This document shows positions 41,623-50,706 of a stretch of 64,000 nt of DNA, piece after piece. The position numbers and the translations under genes are program-made. This stretch comes from an uncultured Parachlamydiaceae bacterium. GTDB lineage: Bacteria; Chlamydiota; Chlamydiia; Chlamydiales; Parachlamydiaceae. The notes beneath the pieces are model-generated. The model was not told the origin of the DNA. It did no database searches and worked only from the letters and a program-made list of their open reading frames with translations. The number at the start of each line of letters is the position of its first letter. The first letter of the stretch is position 1. The stretch covers positions 704,001-768,000 of the forward strand of contig CAVULX010000004.1 of the NCBI GenBank assembly GCA_963742415.1, in the 5' to 3' direction.

Positions 41623-43440
41623 ATGTTGTCTATAAACAGAGATATTAATAACCCTACATTTATTCAACATCATGGCTTAAAGCGCAAAAGGGAAACAAAT
41701 GAAAATGAAAATGAAACAGAGTGTGTTGGAAAACGGTTAAAAAAAATATACAAGATCAATCCCGCAGACGTTTTAGAATTAATTATCCCTTATGTCTGTT
41801 CTCAAACATTGCTTAACATCGAGTGTGTTTCAAAGTATTTTTTTAAAATGTCTGAAGAAGTCTGGGGCGTCCGGATGCAAAGGTGTCACAACATTCAATG
41901 GCCTGACTGCCAAAAAGAGCAAAGGCCAAACAAATGGAATTTTTGGCTTACGAGATTTTTTTTCCACTATGTAATTGATTGCGGATATCACGAGGAAGAG
42001 AAAAATATTCAAATAGCGTCAATCATTTCTAAAAAATATTACAATTTTATTAAAGATCGATTTGTTTTTCTCAAAACTTACCTTAACCAAGACATTCGTC
42101 GATTAGGCAGTCAAACTGTAAAAGAATTGCCATCCGAAAAGGAAATAAGAGCTGAGCATTTGAAGCTAGCTTTGGAAGGTAGCCTTAACGGCAGTTTAAT
42201 TTTGCAATTTGCTTTTGAAATGAGGAAACCAGATTTTAATGGGGAAAAGTTATCTTTAGATTATCTTGAACTAGCCTCAAAACAAGGTGCGCGTAAGATT
42301 TGTAAATTAGCAATTGAGTTGTTATTCTCTCAAGGATATACTGCATCTGATTTTCTTCACTATCCCTCTTTGGCAAAAATCTTGAAGTTAGCCAAAAATG
42401 GAGATTTTGATGTGTTAGGGTTTCTTCATGATCAAGATTTCAAATACATTCTTTTACAACATGATTCAACAAGCCCCTACGCGCTCCTTGTAATTGCTTC
42501 AGTAAAACAAAAAAAGATTCATATCAGGAGCGCCCGTAGCAGAAAGATAGTAGAAAATACTGCGGAAACTCCTGAACAATTATGCCAAAAAGCCATTATT
42601 GAATTTGGCGATAAAATGACAACAAAAGGAGCTATAGCAATTGGGCAGCGACAATATGAATTAGGGAATCTTAGCTCTGCCTTATCTTATTATAATAAAG
42701 CTTTCGCAATCTATGAGTTAGATGGTCTTTCTGTGCTACCCAAGCTACATGTTCTCAAAGCAATTGATATCGCATACGAGTCGCATCGTTATCGTGACGT
42801 GATTTCTTTATCTAGAGAACTATTAAATAAAACTAATTACAGATTTAACAGTATTCATCTCCATGCAATTTCAAAATCATATAGTTTTTTAAACAAAATT
42901 TCGGAAGTTGAATCTTTTTTGCACGCGCTTATAAAATGCTATCCTAATGAAGGCAACAGAAAACAGGTTCGTCCTATTCTCGTATCATTGGCCTGTGTAA
43001 AATCCAAGTTAAGAAAATGGAATGAGGCTGAAAATCTATATAATGATTTAATTAATGATAATGATCATCTCCAAGATCCCTTGGCGATCACGTGCAGAGG
43101 CGAAAATATCAAAGTCAGCGATTTCTTAATGTTTTTGAGAAACAAAAAAGGTGTAACCCAAATGAAACTAAAAAAGTGGACGCCAGCCAGTTCTACCTTT
43201 TATCAACTACACTATAATAATCAACTCTATCCCAAAAATTACGTTTTTTATGCCTATGCGCATGCCAAATTGAATAATATTGATAAAATTAAAGAATATT
43301 ATGAAATCTATAAGAAAGAAGCAGAGATTGAAGCCGCGAGCGATGCAAAGAATTATTTATCACCTGATCGAATTGAAGCCAGCAAATTTATAGAAGAGAT
43401 GCTGAAATCCAATACGAGTGATCAAATGCAACTCGACTAA
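41623..43440 (+). CDS. F-box-like and TPR-like protein, putative effector
   Basis: PADVLELIIPYVCSQTLLNIECVSKYF (F-box-like); TPR-like GQRQYELGNLSSALSYYNKA; basic clusters KRKR and KRLKK. Confidence 0.7.
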   Translation: MLSINRDINNPTFIQHHGLKRKRETNENENETECVGKRLKKIYKINPADVLELIIPYVCSQTLLNIECVSKYFFKMSEEVWGVRMQRCHNIQWPDCQKEQRPNKWNFWLTRFFFHYVIDCGYHEEEKNIQIASIISKKYYNFIKDRFVFLKTYLNQDIRRLGSQTVKELPSEKEIRAEHLKLALEGSLNGSLILQFAFEMRKPDFNGEKLSLDYLELASKQGARKICKLAIELLFSQGYTASDFLHYPSLAKILKLAKNGDFDVLGFLHDQDFKYILLQHDSTSPYALLVIASVKQKKIHIRSARSRKIVENTAETPEQLCQKAIIEFGDKMTTKGAIAIGQRQYELGNLSSALSYYNKAFAIYELDGLSVLPKLHVLKAIDIAYESHRYRDVISLSRELLNKTNYRFNSIHLHAISKSYSFLNKISEVESFLHALIKCYPNEGNRKQVRPILVSLACVKSKLRKWNEAENLYNDLINDNDHLQDPLAITCRGENIKVSDFLMFLRNKKGVTQMKLKKWTPASSTFYQLHYNNQLYPKNYVFYAYAHAKLNNIDKIKEYYEIYKKEAEIEAASDAKNYLSPDRIEASKFIEEMLKSNTSDQMQLD

Positions 43441-43489
43441 TTCAAGAGCTCAGAGGCCATCCAAATTAGTCTACAGGCTGGGGTTGTTC

Positions 43490-43933
43490 TTATTCGGTAC
43501 TGACCTTCATCCATATAAGGCCGTCGATGATTGTGCGAAACTGATCTGCGGAAGCATATTCCGCATGCATCATGTAATCCCCGTTGTCTTGCAATTCATA
43601 GACCTCAAATCCTTCTAAGCCGTTGCGTCCATGGAATTCCCAAGCTATTGTCTTGGGTTCTATTAAACCCTTGCCGATCACCGTCCCCAAAAGCTCATTT
43701 TCAAGTTCGATTTCAAAAGAAGCAGGGGTTATATGGGAAAACATAAAGCGGTTGTGCATATTGTGGCTGACCCCGATCATTTCCACTTCTTGAGTGCAAG
43801 CAATTCCCAAAGGGGTTGCATCATTGATATTCCACCGGGTATAAAACCTTAGAAATTCGGGGGATGCGGTGAAAGTTATTCTTCCTTCCCCAATCCACCT
43901 ACCGGGGTGAAAAATAAATTGATGTTGAATCAT
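43490..43933 (-). CDS. Hypothetical protein coupled to rodA
   Basis: Start overlaps the rodA stop (TAATG); compact beta-rich 147 aa. Confidence 0.75.
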   Translation of the reverse strand: MIQHQFIFHPGRWIGEGRITFTASPEFLRFYTRWNINDATPLGIACTQEVEMIGVSHNMHNRFMFSHITPASFEIELENELLGTVIGKGLIEPKTIAWEFHGRNGLEGFEVYELQDNGDYMMHAEYASADQFRTIIDGLIWMKVSTE

Positions 43934-45078
43934 TAGAACATGAACCTCCGGCTGTAAATGCTTTGTAAAATTCCCAAAGCCATCATTGTAGATATAATCG
44001 AAGATCCCCCATAGCTGACGAGTACTAATGGAACCCCGGTAATAGGAAGCAACCCAGTCATCATCCCAATATTGACTAGGATGTGCACTGCCAAATAAAC
44101 TGTGAGGCCTGCAGCCAACAGCCTTCCAAAAGAGTCGCTAGCCACAGCAGTTACCTGGAAACTAAAATAAAGCATGGCGTAAAAAAGCACCAGCAGCAAA
44201 AGCAATCCAAAAAATCCAAATTCTTCTCCAAAAGCTGGAAAAACGGAATCTGTGTAAGGTGCAGGCAGCCAACCTCCCCCTGTATAGTCACTATTGCTCC
44301 AACCTTTGCCGGTCAATCCCCCAATGGCAATGGCCGTAGTTGCCGCCTTTTGGTGATGGGTATTGGGATTTAATCTCTCGTACTGATAATCTTTTAGAAC
44401 CTTTGTAGCATAAGGGCGGATAGTCTCATGGTTGAGAATGCCGAGGAAGATTAAAGCGACAAGGGTTAAACCAATCCCTGCCACCCATGTTATAAAGCGA
44501 ACGACTGAAGGATGGGCATCCCCAAAATAGAGCATCACGAGGGCAATGGGAAGCAGAATGGAAGCCGTTCCTAAATCAGGCTGTTTCAAAATCAGAAAAA
44601 AAGGAACTAGCACAATGAGTCCCCCGAAGAAAACCGTGCCCCATTCTCGAGAATGGGCTTTTTGTTGCTCCAAATACCAACTTAAGGCAAACACAACAAT
44701 GAGTTTAGCATACTCGGAAGGTTGAAAGCTCATCCCCAATAATGGAATTTTATACCAACGGTGAACATTTTGAATAGGGGTTGTAAGGAATAAACCAAGC
44801 AGCAAAAAAATGAACCCAGCGTAAAGTATCCATGTCCATTCCCTGATTTTATTATAGTCAAAACCTGCGAAGAAAATGAAGACTCCCCATCCCAATAGGC
44901 ACCCATGCATTTGGCGCTGAACTTGGGGAGTAAAAAATGTCTCGTTGGAAGGGTCTTGTGCAATGCCGCTTGAAAAAGCCGAGATGACTAGCAAACCTGC
45001 CATCATTAAAGCTAAAATAATTGGCACAACCCGGAAGTCAATTCGGGATAAATATTTGTAATTCCACATAAAAGCCAT
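43933..45078 (-). CDS. rodA: Rod shape-determining protein RodA (SEDS family)
   Basis: FQPSEYAK, KQPDLGT, YTDSVF..FGEEFG, PITGVPL..VSYGGSS. Confidence 0.9.
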   Translation of the reverse strand: MAFMWNYKYLSRIDFRVVPIILALMMAGLLVISAFSSGIAQDPSNETFFTPQVQRQMHGCLLGWGVFIFFAGFDYNKIREWTWILYAGFIFLLLGLFLTTPIQNVHRWYKIPLLGMSFQPSEYAKLIVVFALSWYLEQQKAHSREWGTVFFGGLIVLVPFFLILKQPDLGTASILLPIALVMLYFGDAHPSVVRFITWVAGIGLTLVALIFLGILNHETIRPYATKVLKDYQYERLNPNTHHQKAATTAIAIGGLTGKGWSNSDYTGGGWLPAPYTDSVFPAFGEEFGFFGLLLLLVLFYAMLYFSFQVTAVASDSFGRLLAAGLTVYLAVHILVNIGMMTGLLPITGVPLVLVSYGGSSIISTMMALGILQSIYSRRFMF

Positions 45079-45180
45079 GAGAAGAGGATCAAATTATAAA
45101 ACAAGGTCATCCTAACACAAAGAGGTTTACAAAATGAAGGAAGATAAAGCACCATAGTTAGAAAATGCAAAAGGAGACTG

Positions 45181-45373
45181 TTACCACAGAGAGGAGCGAA
45201 GAAGAAACAGGATAAGTATGATCGTAAACGGCAGGATAAGCAGGATATTGAATAAAAAGGTTCAGGATGTGGGAATATAGTTAATAATTTTTTTCTTTTA
45301 TCCTGCTCATCCTGCCGTTTACGATCATACTTATCCTGTTTCTTCTCTGAGCCTCCCTGTATCTCTGCGGTAA
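45181..45373. repeat. Nested palindrome between divergent rodA and birA
   Basis: TTACCACAGAGA...TCTCTGCGGTAA enclosing a CAGGATAAGTATGATCGTAAACGGCAGGAT IR. Confidence 0.9.
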
Positions 45374-45379
45374 AATCAA

Positions 45380-46111
45380 ATGCGCGTAATACGAAAACAT
45401 TTTGCAACGATCGATTCGACCAATACATGGGCCAAGCAAAACGGCGCTTGTTTAGATCCAGAATGCATCACGCTCATAACTGCCGACGAACAAACAGCCG
45501 GACGCGGTCGCTTCAAAAGGGTGTGGTCCTCTCCTAAAGGGCTAAATATTTATGCAACATTTTGCCTCTTTGTCGATAATGACCGTCAAGATATTGGGAA
45601 TCTTCCCCAAATCATGGCCCTCTCAGCCGCCGAAATATTAGAAAAGAAAAATTTTTTGCCTCAAATTAAGTGGCCTAATGATCTCTTGATCTCAGGAAAA
45701 AAAACTGCCGGTATCTTGTGCGAAACCACACCTTTGGAATTCCAACGTTGTGTTATTTTAGGGATAGGATTAAATGTTAATATGCCATCCGATCTCTTAC
45801 AGAAAATTGATAGGCCGGCGACATCCCTTTTTGTTGAAAGTGGGAAGGAGCAAAGCAGGGAAGACATTTTAGACCTTCTGGAAAAAAGATTTGTCTCCAA
45901 TTTTGCGATTTTTCTTAAAATGGGCTTTTCCCCGTTTTTTGAAAAATATAAGTTTTACCTTGTTCATCAAAAAGGGGAATGGATCCGTTTTCATGACAAC
46001 AGAATGGTTTGGGAAGGTTCTTTTGAAGAGATTACTGATGATGGCGCCCTTGTATTAACCTTGATGTCCGGCGAACAAAAGACATTTTATGCCGGCGAAA
46101 TTATAATTTGA
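45380..46111 (+). CDS. birA: Biotin protein ligase (no N-terminal HTH)
   Basis: DSTN, QTAGRGR, KWPND, KTAGIL, GIGLN. Confidence 0.95.
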   Translation: MRVIRKHFATIDSTNTWAKQNGACLDPECITLITADEQTAGRGRFKRVWSSPKGLNIYATFCLFVDNDRQDIGNLPQIMALSAAEILEKKNFLPQIKWPNDLLISGKKTAGILCETTPLEFQRCVILGIGLNVNMPSDLLQKIDRPATSLFVESGKEQSREDILDLLEKRFVSNFAIFLKMGFSPFFEKYKFYLVHQKGEWIRFHDNRMVWEGSFEEITDDGALVLTLMSGEQKTFYAGEIII

Positions 46112-46114
46112 CCC

Positions 46115-47026
46115 ATGTTTATTCATACTGTTGAAAAATTTCTTCAATACCTCAATGTGGTCAAAAATGCTTCCCCCCATACAGTCCGAAATTATGCCCT
46201 GGACTTGAATTCGTTTAAAAATTTTCTGGAATCAGAAACTCAAGCTCCTCTTAAAATAGATCAAATTGACAGAAAGACAATCCGAAACTATTTAGCCCAC
46301 CTTAGCGAACAAAACGTAAGCAAGCGAACCATTGTCCGCCGTCTTTCTTCGCTTCGCACGTTTTTCAAATTTGCGCATACTCAAAAAATGATCCATAAAA
46401 ATCCTACGGAGGACCTTGATACCCCTAAAATTGAAAAAAAATTGCCGTTTTCATTGGATTACAATCAAGTTTTGAAGCTCTTTGAACAGCCAGACGTTTC
46501 GGCTTATCTTGGATTCCGCGACCGCACGATCATGGAAGTTTTCTATAGCTCAGGGTTGCGCGTCAGCGAGCTTGTTGCTTTGAATAGAGAGGACTTCGAT
46601 GCTATTAATCTCTTGATCAAATTAAAGGGAAAAGGAAAAAAAGAGAGGCTCGTTCCCATCACGAAAAATGCTGCTCAATGGATTTTAAATTACATTAATC
46701 ACAATGAACGCCATTGCCAAACCGACGGGCATCTTCCTGAAGCGGATCCTCAAGCCATTTTTTTAAATAAATCGGGCACCCGGCTGACCTCTCGCTCTGT
46801 TGACCGTAATTTTGATAAATATCTGATGTTAAGTGGTTTAGCTGGAAAGGTCACCCCTCATACAATTCGCCATACAATCGCCACTCACTGGCTTGAAAAC
46901 GGAATGGATCTCAAAACCATTCAGGTGCTTTTGGGGCATAGTTCTTTAGCGACGACAACGATCTATACGCAAGTGTCTACTTCCCTTAAGAAAAAAGTGT
47001 ATGACGAGAGCCACCCTCGAGCCTGA
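46115..47026 (+). CDS. xerC: Tyrosine recombinase XerC
   Basis: SPHTVRNY, SGLRVSEL, GKGKKER, HTIRH, LLGHSSLATTTIYT. Confidence 0.88.
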   Translation: MFIHTVEKFLQYLNVVKNASPHTVRNYALDLNSFKNFLESETQAPLKIDQIDRKTIRNYLAHLSEQNVSKRTIVRRLSSLRTFFKFAHTQKMIHKNPTEDLDTPKIEKKLPFSLDYNQVLKLFEQPDVSAYLGFRDRTIMEVFYSSGLRVSELVALNREDFDAINLLIKLKGKGKKERLVPITKNAAQWILNYINHNERHCQTDGHLPEADPQAIFLNKSGTRLTSRSVDRNFDKYLMLSGLAGKVTPHTIRHTIATHWLENGMDLKTIQVLLGHSSLATTTIYTQVSTSLKKKVYDESHPRA

Positions 47027-49264
47027 TTATGCAGCAGCTGGATTTGCCAGAATGAAGTCTACGATAGTTCCGCCAGGATCCTGGTGAAATTTTTTCTGGA
47101 GCTGAGGGTTGCCCTTTTGATAAAAATCAAAGTAGATTTCAAACTGTTCTTTTGCTGGATTCCCACGCTCGACAAGCCCCTCTGCCATTGTCTGTGTGAT
47201 TTTTGAATCTTCGTAGACCATTTTATAAAGGGCGTCTTTTGCTTGGCTGAAGGGATCTTCTCCATAAAAGATTTGGGCGGCTTCTTCATCGCCGAGTTGC
47301 TCTTGAACCTTAAGCAAGTAAGGAGCTTCGTCAGTTAGAATTTCTTTTAACTTCCCTTCTTCTTTAATCAAGGCGTCGATCTGTTTTTGAGGAATCCTTG
47401 TTTTTAAGTTGACCCCCCATCTATCAGCTTCTTTGCGCCTGCTTCCTAGCCTGTCTTTAGCTTGCATCGCCGCAAAATGAATATCTTGTTTTGTAATAAG
47501 TTCATCTACTTGCTCTTTGATTTTCGGGATGGCATATAAAGCGTCGATCCTTTGTTCAGCTAGGGTGACCATTTCCATTGATTTTAGTATTTGCTTAATC
47601 GCATTTTCCAGTTGTGGTTTTAAGATCTTTAATTTCTGCTCTCTTTTAAATAGACTATCTTGCAATCTTTCTATTTCAGGTGTTGAAAAAAGCCCTCCCA
47701 CAGCATAACCACCCTCTTTCTTCAGTTCCTCCAACTTAAGTTTTTTAGATTTAACCTGAGCTTGAAGCTTTTCAATTTTTGGAGTTAATGTTTCTTGTTG
47801 CCTCTTGAATTTTTCAATATCTTTTCTTGACTGATCGAGTTCCCCTACCATGCCATTCATAATTTGATTGATTTTTCGGTTCACAAAATACATATAAATT
47901 TTTTGGGGCAGTTTAGAGATCATGGTGTTGAGTTCTATCTTATTGGCTTTATAAAACAAGATGCTGCTTATCCCGACTCCGGACAAAACCAATCCCGCAC
48001 CCACTGGTCCTAGAGTGGCAACAGCCATCATTTTGATTCCTAAAATTGCGGCCAAAGAAGAGGCGCCCCCTTGAGTAGTGGAAATCACGGAAATGATATC
48101 TTTCATTAAAAGTCCTATTTGCTCTTGCTTAGCGCCATTCTTTAAGTAGTACAGCTTTAAATTTAACGCTTCGATTAAAGGTGAATCGCTGGTAAATCCC
48201 TTTTCTTTTAAAATTTTGATATCACCTTCAATTTTTTCAATGCTGGCGTCAATATTTTTTATATTTAACAGGGTGTTTTGAATGCTATTAATGACAGAAG
48301 CACCGTTGATAATAGTGCTCGCTACCCCCACAGCAGGGGCCATGCTGGCCGCTGAGGCCGCCGTTTGCCCTAAGCTGCTCAAAACGGTGGAAGAGGTTAA
48401 ATTTGAGGCTGTAATTCCATTCAAACCTGCTTTTAAGGAAATCAGCATGCGACGGGTATCTAGCTTCTCCACCATTTGATCTATTTTCTTTTCTTCAGCT
48501 TGTATTTTTTCTTGGTCTTCCTGCCGATTTGATATTTTTAAATTAAGGAGTGCATCCTTACGCAATTTTAGAGTTTCTTCTTCCCTATTTATTTGCTCAA
48601 TCTCATGGCAAATCGAAAGCATAGTTACAGCGGATCCCGCTTCTCCCAAAGACTGCAAAAGGCCGGTTTGCACTTGTGGAGGCAACTGCGATAAGCTGCT
48701 GCCGATATTTCCTTGCGCCATTCTGATCCCCGTTCCGGTATAATCAATCGCGATTTTTTCCAGCTTTCTTCTCACTGAAGGCGCCCCCGTTGTCGTTCCG
48801 GGCTTTGCCGCTGGGGCCTTTTTTATAATTTCTGCTACTTGACTTGAAAACTCTGGATCTATAGCTAGATTGGCTTCATCCACTTCCTGAGATAATTCTA
48901 GTAGTTCCTGAATCTCCTTTTGAGGGATCTCTTCTTCCAGAGGTATAATCTTTTGTTTCGGTTCTTTGGCAGAAGCCCCTTTCCGGGAAAGTTCGGCACT
49001 TGCTTCAATACCGATCGATTCGTGAATCTTAGGATGACGAAGGACTCCCCCGCCCCGCGCAGCCACAGCTTCCATCTCACTTTTTGGCGGGCGAAGGTGT
49101 TCCTTGAGTTTCTTCTCCTCTTTCATTCTCCCCAGTTCAGGGTGTTCACCCCCCTTTTCATGTTTCTCTTTTTTGGTTTTTTTGAGCTTCTCTTCTTCAG
49201 GTAATTTAATTATTTTTGAATAATCTGCGGGGGGCCCGTAATTTCTATCAGAAATACTAGCCAT
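47027..49264 (-). CDS. Coiled-coil protein with hydrophobic hairpins (translocator- or Inc-like), putative secreted protein
   Basis: Charged N terminus, A/S/G-rich segments, hydrophobic LAAILGIKMMAVATLGPVGAGLVLSGVGISSILF, flanking heptads. Confidence 0.6.
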   Translation of the reverse strand: MASISDRNYGPPADYSKIIKLPEEEKLKKTKKEKHEKGGEHPELGRMKEEKKLKEHLRPPKSEMEAVAARGGGVLRHPKIHESIGIEASAELSRKGASAKEPKQKIIPLEEEIPQKEIQELLELSQEVDEANLAIDPEFSSQVAEIIKKAPAAKPGTTTGAPSVRRKLEKIAIDYTGTGIRMAQGNIGSSLSQLPPQVQTGLLQSLGEAGSAVTMLSICHEIEQINREEETLKLRKDALLNLKISNRQEDQEKIQAEEKKIDQMVEKLDTRRMLISLKAGLNGITASNLTSSTVLSSLGQTAASAASMAPAVGVASTIINGASVINSIQNTLLNIKNIDASIEKIEGDIKILKEKGFTSDSPLIEALNLKLYYLKNGAKQEQIGLLMKDIISVISTTQGGASSLAAILGIKMMAVATLGPVGAGLVLSGVGISSILFYKANKIELNTMISKLPQKIYMYFVNRKINQIMNGMVGELDQSRKDIEKFKRQQETLTPKIEKLQAQVKSKKLKLEELKKEGGYAVGGLFSTPEIERLQDSLFKREQKLKILKPQLENAIKQILKSMEMVTLAEQRIDALYAIPKIKEQVDELITKQDIHFAAMQAKDRLGSRRKEADRWGVNLKTRIPQKQIDALIKEEGKLKEILTDEAPYLLKVQEQLGDEEAAQIFYGEDPFSQAKDALYKMVYEDSKITQTMAEGLVERGNPAKEQFEIYFDFYQKGNPQLQKKFHQDPGGTIVDFILANPAAA

Positions 49265-49490
49265 AATACCTTAAACCTTGTTTTATAAATTAAAACAACA
49301 ATTTATAAACAATATATAAAATAAGCCTTACTATTAATTATATTACTATATGATTATAAAACAAAATTTTTAATAATATTTTTTTTCTAGAGGCTTGTTT
49401 TTGAAATAGAAAAAATTCTTGAAAATGGTAAAAATGAAATTAGTGCTACAATAAAAAAAGTGGACATGAAGAAAGGAAAGGAGGTCTGCA

Positions 49491-49718
49491 ATGCGCTTTA
49501 TTTTTAATTTTGTCCTTTTTGGATTGATTTTTTATGCTTTATGGTTTTTCTTTCCAGATGCCTTTGCCAAACTCGTTCACTGGGCACAGGCTGTGTTTGA
49601 CTTCATCAAAGATACCGTGGCCTCAATTATTGACAAAATCAATCAAACTAAATCTCCCAAACCGCCTGCAGAACCTGCTGCAATATTTGTCATGATAGCT
49701 CGGTATTTAGATCTTTAA
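49491..49718 (+). CDS. Small membrane protein
   Basis: AGGAGG RBS; N-terminal TM helix. Confidence 0.7.
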   Translation: MRFIFNFVLFGLIFYALWFFFPDAFAKLVHWAQAVFDFIKDTVASIIDKINQTKSPKPPAEPAAIFVMIARYLDL

Positions 49719-49745
49719 AGGCTTAACGGTTAATTAGATACATTA

Positions 49746-50612
49746 ATGAAGAACAAATTTCTGGGTGTCTTGTTGTTGTTTTTTGCTTCTTCTATCGAGG
49801 GTGTGGAAATTGAGAAGCTTAAAAAAGTCTTATACGAGCAACCCCACCCCTTTTGCTATGACCTCCACATCACCTTGCACCGGGGTAATACGTCAGATGA
49901 AAACGTATTAATTTGCTGTCACGGCTACGGCAGCAATTATTCTCTTGCGGATACCCTAAAAGAATCCCACGTTGTTCCCTCTCATATAATAGGCTTTAAC
50001 TTTCCCGATCACGATATCCTTACAAAAGGGTTTAACGCTTCCAAAATTACTTTTGGAAGCATTCAAGAGATTTTACCTCTCATCTATCTTTTAAAGAGGG
50101 TCGCCGTCGATGCAAACGCAGAGCAAATTTCCCTCTATGGCTTTTCTTCAGGCGGCGGCGCACTGGTTAATACGATTGCCGTTCTAAATTCAGATCAATA
50201 CGATAAAGAGTTGCAGCGATTCGGCATAGATAAAGGAGGGAAAGAAAAAATCTTAATAGCTATTCAAAAGGGTGTCGTTTTGCTTGACGCCCCCCTTAAA
50301 TCCATGGATGAAATCATTGAACAGCACGCCTATGATAGAGATTATGCAATTGTAGCTCAAAGGTATAGGTTTTATCAATCCCGCCCCATAGATTCTCTAG
50401 CCAAATGGAAAGGTTTAACCCTTTCCGTCGTGCTCTTTTTTCAAACCCCGGATCAAAGCCTAACCAATCGGGATGACCCCCTGTTTATACGCCGTTTGCG
50501 TGAATACAATCCTCAAGGAAAGACGATTGTAATAACACGGGATGAAGGGGGGCACTGCGGGTTTCACCATTCCCTCTGGCGCGCCTGGCGCGATTTGGCC
50601 TCCAGTAAATAA
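49746..50612 (+). CDS. Exported alpha/beta hydrolase fold protein
   Basis: Signal peptide, CHGYG, nucleophile elbow GFSSGG, C-terminal GGH. Confidence 0.75.
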   Translation: MKNKFLGVLLLFFASSIEGVEIEKLKKVLYEQPHPFCYDLHITLHRGNTSDENVLICCHGYGSNYSLADTLKESHVVPSHIIGFNFPDHDILTKGFNASKITFGSIQEILPLIYLLKRVAVDANAEQISLYGFSSGGGALVNTIAVLNSDQYDKELQRFGIDKGGKEKILIAIQKGVVLLDAPLKSMDEIIEQHAYDRDYAIVAQRYRFYQSRPIDSLAKWKGLTLSVVLFFQTPDQSLTNRDDPLFIRRLREYNPQGKTIVITRDEGGHCGFHHSLWRAWRDLASSK

Positions 50613-50706
50613 TTTTTTAATAAATAGGGACTATAAAATAAACAAAATTATATAATAAAGTTATCCTTTTATTTTAATTTTGTTTATTTATGGAAACCAT
50701 TTATTT

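Noticed and set aside
46115..47026. Phage or island integrase
   Set aside because: Size, motifs and the 3-nt gap after birA fit chromosomal XerC; no att sites or phage genes seen
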